NCBI GenBank assembly: GCA_003104935.1
Contig: PQAE01000005.1
Location: forward strand, 2,034-66,033
DNA from: Parcubacteria group bacterium
GTDB taxonomy: Bacteria > Patescibacteriota > Patescibacteriia > UBA1558 > GWA2-36-10
Direction of reading: 5' to 3'
DNA: 64,000 bases
Shown: positions 1 through 9,299 of the stretch, piece by piece
Layout of the letters: each line of letters starts with the position of its first letter
Numbering within the stretch: position 1 is the first letter of the stretch
Notes under the pieces: model-generated
Database searches by the model: none
The model's input: only the letters and a program-made list of their open reading frames with translations
What the model was told of the DNA's origin: nothing
Translations under genes and position numbers: made by a program

Positions 1-1385
<1,385 letters not shown>

Positions 1386-1444
1386 TTTATTATGATGTTG
1401 TCAACCAAACTAACTTTGTGGAAACCACAGAGTGTAGCAGGATC

Positions 1445-1474
1445 TCCGCCAAAGGCGGATCAGCCTCTGGCTGA
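1445..1474. mobile_element. 30-nt double-hairpin element inside a duplicated 16S 5'-end fragment
   Basis: TCCGCC-AAA-GGCGGA + TCAGCC-TCT-GGCTGA splits CAGGATC^AAACTCTCATAAAAAT, a copy of 1364-1386. Confidence 0.75.
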
Positions 1475-1839
1475 AAACTCTCATAAAAATATGTAGTTTG
1501 TCTTTTCTCGCCCTGCGGGCGAGAATAGCTCAAATTTCAAATTGAATTGAAGTGTTTTTTAAAAACACTAAAAAATTGTTGCTAAAAGCTTTTCACTTTC
1601 AAGTTGTCAAATAACCTTTTCCTCCCCGGGATCAATCCGAGGGTTAATTTTTGTTGTGCGATTCTACCCCTCGACTCCGTCGCTCTTATCGCGACTTCGC
1701 TCGAGGTTAATTTTCGCACGGCGAAAATTAAGAAAAAACAGTAAGGTCCTAAAATTTGGGCTCTACTGCCTTGGCTTAATTGCAACCCTGATTTATTAAT
1801 ATGCTACGAATGCAAATTCAATTTGTTAATTGCTCCAAT

Positions 1840-1868
1840 ATATTAAAGCATTTCCTGAGCTTTGTCAA
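1840..1868 (-). promoter_or_regulatory. Putative rRNA promoter
   Basis: TTGACA-17-TAATAT on the minus strand upstream of 16S. Confidence 0.6.
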
Positions 1869-1898
1869 GTGCCAAAGCTGTAAATTATACTCAAATCT

Positions 1899-1928
1899 AA
1901 TGCCCACGACCGGCTGGCCGTGGGCATT
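1899..1928 (-). terminator. Hairpin downstream of the zinc-ribbon islet
   Basis: AATGCCCACG/CGTGGGCATT 10-bp stem. Confidence 0.55.
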
Positions 1929-1997
1929 GTTTTCTTCGTTGTTCTGGGGGGTCTAGCGATTGACCGGTGGCCTAATCAGCCGCCGAGTATAGATGTC

Positions 1998-2162
1998 CTA
2001 GTAGGTCAAGAAGGTAGCACCACAACGGGCGCAAAAATTGCCTTCTGGCACCAGGCGCTCACAACGCGAGCATTGCCCATCTTGCCACTTCGCCTGATCG
2101 ACACGCGCCGCTTGTTCGAGGATCCTGGAAAGGCGATCCTCCCGGATTGAAGCCAAGACCAT
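1998..2162 (-). CDS. 54-aa zinc-ribbon protein (not in the ORF track)
   Basis: Manual translation MVLASIREDRLSRILEQAARVDQAKWQDGQCSRCERLVPEGNFCARCGATFLTY; two CxxC; SD GAGGAGG; promoter TTGACA-18-TATAAT at 2201-2230. Confidence 0.75.
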   Translation of the reverse strand: MVLASIREDRLSRILEQAARVDQAKWQDGQCSRCERLVPEGNFCARCGATFLTY

Positions 2163-2333
2163 CGCTGACCTCCTCGTGCTAGGGAACGGACCAACAAAAT
2201 ATTATAGTCCTAAAAATTAATTTTTGTCAATAAAGTAAGAACCTGATGATACTGCGCCATGAGGAATATTTTCACAAAGATAGATAATAAAATCACTTCT
2301 CGCCCCGTAGCGACGCTTTGTGGGGTCAAAGGA

Positions 2334-3002
2334 TCAGCTTCTATGTTTACTCTGTTTATCTCGCCACTCTTTTATTTTCTGATGATGACCGGAAAATAAT
2401 ATTTTGGGCACTTTAAGCCCCCTGAACTCCGGTGGACGAGTATATTGCGGATATTCAATATTAAACTCCTTCGTTTTTTTATTATATTCGGAAAAAGATT
2501 CGTCTTGTACCGAGGCTTCTTTACCCACTACTCCCGGCACCATTCTAGCCACCGCATCAATCAAACAAGCCGCGGCCAGCTCCCCGCCGGTCATAACAAA
2601 ATTGCCCAGGGATATCTTCTCATCGACAAATTTATCAATCCGCGCGTCGATGGCCTCGTAGTGCCCGGCGATTAAAACCAGTCTCCGGTATTTAGCCAGT
2701 CTTTTGACTTGATTCTGATCCAGGGTTTTTCCTCTGGGGGTAAGCAGAATAATGCGTGTGCCTTTGGTTTTTTTGGGCACTACTTTTTTTAGTGTTTTAT
2801 AAACAGGCTCAATCTGAATGACCATGCCCGGCCCTCCGCCATAAGGTTTGTCATCGACAGTGTGTCGTTTGTCTTTAGTAACCGCCCGGATATCGTGAGT
2901 TTTTATGCTGATTATTTTTTTGGCCTGCGCCCGGGCTAAAATAGAGGCGGAAAAATAGCTGTCTAGTGCCTCGGGGAAAATGGTAAGTAAATCAAATTTC
3001 AT
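2334..3002 (-). CDS. trmD: tRNA (guanine37-N1)-methyltransferase
   Basis: VDDKPYGGGPGM, GHYEAID, SLGNFVMTGGE, EYPQYTRP motifs. Confidence 0.97.
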   Translation of the reverse strand: MKFDLLTIFPEALDSYFSASILARAQAKKIISIKTHDIRAVTKDKRHTVDDKPYGGGPGMVIQIEPVYKTLKKVVPKKTKGTRIILLTPRGKTLDQNQVKRLAKYRRLVLIAGHYEAIDARIDKFVDEKISLGNFVMTGGELAAACLIDAVARMVPGVVGKEASVQDESFSEYNKKTKEFNIEYPQYTRPPEFRGLKVPKILFSGHHQKIKEWRDKQSKHRS

Positions 3003-3370
3003 TAGCGTGATATTTTAGTAAATATTTTTCTAAATCTAGAGGGAATTAGTCTGTTGATTTTATCTTTAATATAGTCTTCTATTTTTTTATCAAATTTTTC
3101 GGCCCGCTGTTTCAAGCTTTTGTCTTCTTCCGGCACCGGCTCCGGCAAATGCAGAGTAATATGTTCTGCGCGCAATTCTGCTTCTTTTTTATCGGCCACT
3201 GCCTGTTCCAGTAAGAGCCGGCGCCGGATTCTTAACAGCCGTTGATACTCTACGTCTTTTTTTAATGCCCGCGCCAAACTAACTCCCATCAACCCGCGCT
3301 GGACATAAAACTCTTCGATATCTTTTATTGTCCGGGTCATATCGTCGCTTATAATTTCACGATACAACAA
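3002..3370 (-). CDS. Hypothetical helical protein
   Basis: 122-aa ORF abutting trmD; no recognised motif; start uncertain. Confidence 0.55.
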   Translation of the reverse strand: MLYREIISDDMTRTIKDIEEFYVQRGLMGVSLARALKKDVEYQRLLRIRRRLLLEQAVADKKEAELRAEHITLHLPEPVPEEDKSLKQRAEKFDKKIEDYIKDKINRLIPSRFRKIFTKISR

Positions 3371-3427
3371 ATATAAATAAAAAGAAAGCCGCGCTCAGCG
3401 CGGTCTTTCTTTAAATTGTGTGATAAT

Positions 3428-3742
3428 TTATAATTTTAGATCGTCTACATCTTCCGTCGCCAGGGGCTTTTCCATACGAGGAGCGGATGGACGTCCCTCT
3501 TTGTCGGGCTCATAGACCTTCAGATTGACGTAAGAATTATTCTTGTTGCCAATGATCCGGAGCAGGGTGCGTAAAGCGCGGGCGGTTTGTCCTTGCTTGC
3601 CAATGACCTTGCCCATTTCTTCTGGGTTAACCTTGAGGGTAAGGAGCACGCCTCTCTCGTCGATGGTTCTCTCTACCACAACCTCGTTTGGTTTGTCCAC
3701 AATTGCCTTCACAATTGTTTCTAAAAAATCTTTGTCTTCCAT
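3428..3742 (-). CDS. khpA: KH-domain RNA-binding protein
   Basis: MGKVIGKQGQTARALRT; position after rpsP. Confidence 0.92.
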   Translation of the reverse strand: MEDKDFLETIVKAIVDKPNEVVVERTIDERGVLLTLKVNPEEMGKVIGKQGQTARALRTLLRIIGNKNNSYVNLKVYEPDKEGRPSAPRMEKPLATEDVDDLKL

Positions 3743-3825
3743 TTCTTTAATGTTAATGGTCTTATTTAAATTACTAAGAACTACTTTAAAAAATAATACA
3801 ATAAAATACCAATAAGGTCAAATTA

Positions 3826-4203
3826 CTAAGCGGTTGGAGCTGATGGTTCCGCCACTGTTTCCAGTGCAGGCGAGTCCACCGGTGCCTGAGCTTTAGCCGC
3901 CACTTGCTTAGCAGCGGTTTGCTTGGCCATTCTCTTTTTACTGATCGTCACCGCTCTCTTTTTGACGCCAGTGATGATTTTCTCCTTAACTAAAATATTG
4001 TGCACGACAGTGGTAGTCTGCGCCCCTTGGCCGATCCAATATTTTATCCGTTCGGCTTTAAATGTAGCCTTTTTGCTATGCGGATCATAGTTGCCTAAAA
4101 CTTCCAAATTATCACCATACATATCTTTGGTTTTCTCCGATACTACCAGGCGATAAAGGGGTTTTTTCGTCCGACCAATTCTGGCCAATCCAATTCTTAA
4201 CAT
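3826..4203 (-). CDS. rpsP: 30S ribosomal protein S16
   Basis: MLRIGLARIGRTKKPLYRLVV...LGNYDP...YWIGQGAQ. Confidence 0.97.
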   Translation of the reverse strand: MLRIGLARIGRTKKPLYRLVVSEKTKDMYGDNLEVLGNYDPHSKKATFKAERIKYWIGQGAQTTTVVHNILVKEKIITGVKKRAVTISKKRMAKQTAAKQVAAKAQAPVDSPALETVAEPSAPTA

Positions 4204-4274
4204 CTTTAGCTATAATTTAATAATAATTTAGATTTAACGGGGTGAATGTTACTATAACCGGCCATATATGTCAA

Positions 4275-4305
4275 CCCCGTTAGATTCTGCCGCCATCTGA
4301 CGGGG
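4275..4305. repeat. ACCCCGTTAGA-type palindrome abutting the rpsP -35 box
   Basis: ACCCCGTTAGA...TCTGACGGGGT; related to 14220-14257 and 59994. Confidence 0.55.
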
Positions 4306-4386
4306 TGCCCAGTCAAATTTCAATAGTTAGGGTCGACAATTTTTTGTTTTATGGCGGTTGATGTTATAATATAATAGAAAAATTAC

Positions 4387-5106
4387 ATGCCTATCCCCGC
4401 CACAATTAATATAGTCGTGCCGGTTTTCAACGAAGAAGCGGTGCTGGAAAAAAATATTTTGCTACTTTGGGAATTTGCTCAAAAAACTCTATCACACTAT
4501 AACAGCCAAATAATCATCGCCGACAATAATAGCCGCGACAACACCGCCGCGATCGGCCAAAGACTAGCTTTGTCCCGGGGTATCAAATATTTTTTTATCC
4601 CCCAAAAAGGGCGAGGCCTAGCCCTACGAAAAACTTTCTTAGAAAACCAGGCCGACTTTCATGTTTACATGGATATAGATCTAGCCACCGATTTGTCCGC
4701 GCTACCGGTACTGGTCCGGGCCCTGGTTGAAGAAAATTATGACCTAGTGACCGGTTCCCGCTTCTGGCCCGGCTCGAAAATAAAACGCAGTTTGTTGCGA
4801 GAAATAATTTCCCGCGGTTATATTTTTCTAGTAAAACTCATGTTTCGCACTAAGCTGACCGATATGCAATGCGGCTTCAAGGGACTAAATAACCGAACCG
4901 TCCAAAATATCGTCTCCCAAACTAAGGATCAGGAATGGTTTTTTGATACCGAACTACTGCTCCTGGCGGAAAAAAATAATTATCAAGTCAAACAGATACC
5001 AATCACTTGGATAGAAACCAGAAATATCGGACGTAAAAGCAAGGTTAGACTGGCTAAAGACATCTGGAAATTTGTCACTAATTTAACTAAATTCAAATAT
5101 TCATGA
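4387..5106 (+). CDS. GT2 polyprenol-phosphate glycosyltransferase (DPM/DPG-synthase-like)
   Basis: VVPVFNEE, ADNNSRD, MDIDL, GSRF, DMQCGFK, WFFDTELL. Confidence 0.9.
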   Translation: MPIPATINIVVPVFNEEAVLEKNILLLWEFAQKTLSHYNSQIIIADNNSRDNTAAIGQRLALSRGIKYFFIPQKGRGLALRKTFLENQADFHVYMDIDLATDLSALPVLVRALVEENYDLVTGSRFWPGSKIKRSLLREIISRGYIFLVKLMFRTKLTDMQCGFKGLNNRTVQNIVSQTKDQEWFFDTELLLLAEKNNYQVKQIPITWIETRNIGRKSKVRLAKDIWKFVTNLTKFKYS

Positions 5107-5771
5107 ACCAACAAGAGTTTATCGCCTGGAATCATCGGATGTTTAAAAAATATAACAATGAACGATTGTACTACCATCCTAACCCGATCGTTCGCTGGAT
5201 TGAAAGCTTAAGACTTAAAAAAATACTGGGTTTAGTAAAATTAAATCCCAAGGATAAATTTTTATCCCTGGGTTGCGGTGAGGCCTATATCGAGAACCGG
5301 TTAAGCAGCGGCCAGTTATATTTACTGGATTTGTCCGTCGAAGCTATCGCTCGGGCTAAACATAAGATGGTCGGCAGAGAAAATGTTAAGGAGATAAAGA
5401 TCGGAGATGCTCTGAACATAGAATATCCCGACAACTTTTTTGACTTTATTCTATGTAGCGAAGTGATCGAGCATGTCCTGGATTATAATCGGTTGATCAA
5501 TGAAATCAGCCGCGTGGCTAGACCCGGCGCTCAGATTATTATCACGATACCTAATGAAAAAAAGATCGATTTTATAAAAAATTTACTGATAAAAACCCGC
5601 GTTTTTTCTATCCTGTTTAAGAATATTCCGGTCAAACAAGAGTGGCACCTTCATGAATTTGATTTAGCTTTGCTAAAAAAAAGTACTGCCGGTAAATTAA
5701 ATATCCTGACAGCGGCACCGATCCCAAATATATTTTTGCCTTTACGTTATGTCTGTCTACTAAAAAAATGA
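5103..5771 (+). CDS. Class I SAM-dependent methyltransferase
   Basis: LSLGCGEA motif I, FDFILCSEVIEHV. Confidence 0.88.
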   Translation: MNQQEFIAWNHRMFKKYNNERLYYHPNPIVRWIESLRLKKILGLVKLNPKDKFLSLGCGEAYIENRLSSGQLYLLDLSVEAIARAKHKMVGRENVKEIKIGDALNIEYPDNFFDFILCSEVIEHVLDYNRLINEISRVARPGAQIIITIPNEKKIDFIKNLLIKTRVFSILFKNIPVKQEWHLHEFDLALLKKSTAGKLNILTAAPIPNIFLPLRYVCLLKK

Positions 5772-6358
5772 TCCTAAAAAAAATTATAGCCTTTATTTTT
5801 CAGTCTCCTTATGTCTACCAGCTTAACCAATTCCTGTGGGCCGGTGATTTTTTTCCAAAAATTATAGAACTGGGTCAGATACAAGCTACGGAAAAGACGC
5901 TGGATATTGCCTGTGGCACCGCTAACGCCGCCCGATATGTACGCGGACAATATACTGGCATAGACTTAAATGATAATTATCTGGATTATGCCCGCCACCA
6001 ATACCCCCGAGCAAAATTTCTGTGTTTAGATTTTAATGATTTAAAATTTGATGAAAAATATTTCGATTGTACCATTGTGACCAACTTCATTCATCATCTT
6101 TCCGACACCGAGCTCGGCCAACTGCTTTATAAGATAAGATACTTTACTAGGGACAGAATGATTTTGTCCGATCTTTTACCAAACCAGTTAAATTTTTTGG
6201 CCAAAATACTATACAACCTGGATCAAGGAAATAATATCCGAACTGCTGAGAATCAAGAAAAGATAATATCCCGCTATTTTAAAATAGAAAAAAAATACAC
6301 TTTTTTTTCGCCGCGGAAAATCTATAAACATATTGTTTTTATATGTATACCTCTTTAA
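5768..6358 (+). CDS. Class I SAM-dependent methyltransferase
   Basis: LDIACGTA, GIDLN, FIHHL. Confidence 0.88.
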   Translation: MILKKIIAFIFQSPYVYQLNQFLWAGDFFPKIIELGQIQATEKTLDIACGTANAARYVRGQYTGIDLNDNYLDYARHQYPRAKFLCLDFNDLKFDEKYFDCTIVTNFIHHLSDTELGQLLYKIRYFTRDRMILSDLLPNQLNFLAKILYNLDQGNNIRTAENQEKIISRYFKIEKKYTFFSPRKIYKHIVFICIPL

Positions 6359-6408
6359 AAAATATGGCTACCTGTACGACTATTTTTATTCGTATAAAAT
6401 AATAAATT

Positions 6409-7920
6409 ATGTTAATTCGGTTTCTGATTTTTTTAAAGAAAAATAAATATAGTGTTGTTTTTTTCACCGTCATACTGTTTTTTTTATTCTATATTAGTAT
6501 TCACAGCTCCGGTGATTTGCGTGATGAGGGTCTGATTCTAGCCGAGACTCAGAGAATGATGAAGGGCGACCTGATTTACCGCGATTTTTTCAGCTGGATA
6601 ACACCGGGATTGTACTACCTCCTGTATGCTATTTGGACCATCTTTGGTCAGAGCTATATTGTTGTTAGGACTTTAACTGTCCTAATTGGTTTCTTTTGCA
6701 CGATTCTAATCTATCTTAATTGTCGACGGATTTTAAGGCCGCTCTGGTCGGCCCTGAACGCCGCGATCTTTGCAGTACTCTGTTATCCCCAACAATTAAT
6801 TTTATCTTACCACTGGCTGTCTCTATTATTTATTCTACTGTCTGTCTGGTTGATTAATGAATATCTAGAAAAAGACAAAAAATATTGGTTGATAGCCAGC
6901 GGTCTGGTGATAACCCTGGCTATTTTTACCATGCACACCAGAAGTTTAGCGGTCGCCCTGGCTATTTTTATTTTTTTGTTTTGGCACCGCTATCGACCAA
7001 ATGGTTGGCGCCGAGCATTGACGCCACCTCTGCTTTTTTTGCTTAGCGCGGTCCTGCCGTTTTTTTTATTTATGCTACCTTTTTTAATTAGTGCTGGCTG
7101 GACAACCCTCTGGAATGATTTAATAATCTCTAACTTATTTTATTACCCCCGGGTCGGTTACGTGCCCTTGACCGACAATCCACTTTTGTATCTTTGCCTA
7201 CTCAGTTATGCCCTAACCACGATTTTATTAATACGCGATAAACTATTTACTAACCAGGTTCTGTTTTACTATATTATCAGTAGCGTCCTATTATTATCCA
7301 GTATTTATCGCCTTGACCATGTCCATCTGGCCTATGTGCAGACAGTTTTTGCACTCCCTCTGGCTTGTCTAGCGATAAATCAGCTATCAATGCGCCGCCC
7401 ATCTAGCTGCCGGATATTGTTCGCTTCCTTTTTAATTTTTTTTCCTCTGACTTACTATATAGATAGCCTATGGCTATATCTGCAAACAAAAAACTGGGTT
7501 CCCGTCCAGACTAAAATCGGCCCGGTCTATATGACGGCCTATCCGGCGGCGCGGATGAAACTAGTCTTAGCTACTTTGGATAAAGTTCCCGCGTCAAACA
7601 TTTTCATTTTTCCCTGGGCACCTGCTTTATATACCCTGGCCGGCAAAAACAACCCTACCAGATATGATATTGTTTTTGAAGAATACTTGAATCCGCTGGA
7701 TGAGGAAGAAATAAAAAAAGATTTAACAACAAAAAATATCCAATATTTATTAGAGCTCCCCTTTGACCATGTAGTCTCCTTGGACTACCTCCGTCTGCGG
7801 ACATATTATAAGACTATCCACTATGAATTTATCAAAGATTGGGCCGGAGCAAACTATGGGGTTAAGGCCATATATTTTGGGCCAAGCTCTAGTAATTTTA
7901 ATCTCTACCAAAAGAAATAA
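6409..7920 (+). CDS. Multi-TM GT-C (ArnT/PMT-like) glycosyltransferase
   Basis: N-terminal TM then DEG and YRDF...PGLYY motif; many TM helices. Confidence 0.72.
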   Translation: MLIRFLIFLKKNKYSVVFFTVILFFLFYISIHSSGDLRDEGLILAETQRMMKGDLIYRDFFSWITPGLYYLLYAIWTIFGQSYIVVRTLTVLIGFFCTILIYLNCRRILRPLWSALNAAIFAVLCYPQQLILSYHWLSLLFILLSVWLINEYLEKDKKYWLIASGLVITLAIFTMHTRSLAVALAIFIFLFWHRYRPNGWRRALTPPLLFLLSAVLPFFLFMLPFLISAGWTTLWNDLIISNLFYYPRVGYVPLTDNPLLYLCLLSYALTTILLIRDKLFTNQVLFYYIISSVLLLSSIYRLDHVHLAYVQTVFALPLACLAINQLSMRRPSSCRILFASFLIFFPLTYYIDSLWLYLQTKNWVPVQTKIGPVYMTAYPAARMKLVLATLDKVPASNIFIFPWAPALYTLAGKNNPTRYDIVFEEYLNPLDEEEIKKDLTTKNIQYLLELPFDHVVSLDYLRLRTYYKTIHYEFIKDWAGANYGVKAIYFGPSSSNFNLYQKK

Positions 7921-7950
7921 ACTTTTTATCAATCCCCTAACCATTATAAT

Positions 7951-8787
7951 ATGAAAAATGCAAAAATCGGTTTTATCGGGCAGGGCTTTGTGGGTAAAAA
8001 CTATGCTGACGCTTTTGAACAGCTGGGACACCAAGTCGTCCGCTATGATCTGGCTGATTATAAACATAATCAGGCGCTCATCGCTGGCTGTTCCCTAGTT
8101 TTTGTGGCCGTGCCGACGCCGAGCACCCCGCGCGGTTTTGATGACAGTATCCTCATCGCGGCGATAAACGGTGTGGCTCCGGCCACGACGGTAATTATCA
8201 AATCAACGGTCAAGTTGGGCACGACCGACAAAATACAAAAATTATTCCCTGATCTGACTATCGTGCATTCGCCGGAATTTTTGCGGGAAAAACACGCTGC
8301 TTATGATGCCGGGCATCCGGCCAGAAATATACTGGGAGTGACTGACGACAGCGACAAAAGACTGGCTAGTTTGGCCCAAGAAATAATGAGCCTATTGCCG
8401 CCCGCTCCCTATGAGCTCATCACTACCGCCAGAAACGCCGAACTCATAAAATACGCGGGCAATTGTTTTCTCTATACTAAGGTTATATTCATGAACATCC
8501 TTTTTGACTTAGCCCAAAAGTATCACTTAGATTACGAGATTATTAAAGAGGCACTTAGTGAGGATCCCCGCATCGGTCCTAGCCACACCAACATTATCGA
8601 TCAAAGCGGGCGGGGAGCGGGCGGCCATTGCTTTATCAAAGATTTTGAGGTTTTTATAAATTTATTAACCGAGGCCGGACTGAACGACCAAAAAAACGTA
8701 GCTGAACGAATCCGAAATTTAAACCTCCACTATCTGCGGGAAAGTAATAAAGATCTGGATCTTATTCAAGGAATTTACGGAATATAA
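7951..8787 (+). CDS. UDP-glucose/GDP-mannose dehydrogenase family, lacking the C-terminal domain
   Basis: GQGFVG, VPTP, IKSTV, PEFLRE, catalytic GGHCFIKD; only 278 aa. Confidence 0.88.
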   Translation: MKNAKIGFIGQGFVGKNYADAFEQLGHQVVRYDLADYKHNQALIAGCSLVFVAVPTPSTPRGFDDSILIAAINGVAPATTVIIKSTVKLGTTDKIQKLFPDLTIVHSPEFLREKHAAYDAGHPARNILGVTDDSDKRLASLAQEIMSLLPPAPYELITTARNAELIKYAGNCFLYTKVIFMNILFDLAQKYHLDYEIIKEALSEDPRIGPSHTNIIDQSGRGAGGHCFIKDFEVFINLLTEAGLNDQKNVAERIRNLNLHYLRESNKDLDLIQGIYGI

Positions 8788-8997
8788 TTCTTACCATCTC
8801 CCTTTCTCCCCCATATTCCGACCCCGGAGGCTAGCTTCCCACACCCAAACTCGGGGTAGTTTTGACCGATGTTTAGCTCTGTGATATGGTGACCGCGTCG
8901 CTACGTTCCTACCAATCCCAAACCAAAGCATTTCAGCCCAAGCCTGCCGTTGCGGCGGGCCCTCGTTGTGTTGTCCCCGAGAAGAGAGGAGTAAGTC

Positions 8998-9111
8998 ATG
9001 TCAGATAATCGTGTCGATAGGCGCGAGGCGCGGATCGCCGTCGCGGTCATCGTGATCTACACGGTCGTAGTCCTGGCCATTTCACTCGCTTCCAGGGGTT
9101 GTGGCCGATAG
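8998..9111 (+). CDS. 37-aa single-TM peptide (not in the ORF track)
   Basis: MSDNRVDRREARIAVAVIVIYTVVVLAISLASRGCGR; SD GAGAGGAG; promoter TTGACC-17-TATGGT at 8862-8890. Confidence 0.55.
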   Translation: MSDNRVDRREARIAVAVIVIYTVVVLAISLASRGCGR

Positions 9112-9299
9112 CTGATGGAGGCGAACCCATGTTCGTGACTCTGATTCCGGTCAAGCACGGGGGGCCGCCAGCAACAATGCCGGCGGCCCTGTTTTCCTTC
9201 AGGAGAGAGGGGCGTGTTGTGTCCTGCCTTGACGAAATCAAAACGAAAAAAGATAAACAAAAAAACTACTCTGAAAAAGTAGCTTTTTTTAATTTAAAA

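Noticed and set aside
1920-2197. ORF-track frames 1920-2150(+) and 2006-2197(-)
   Set aside because: The SD and the CxxC pairs support the 1998-2162 frame instead.
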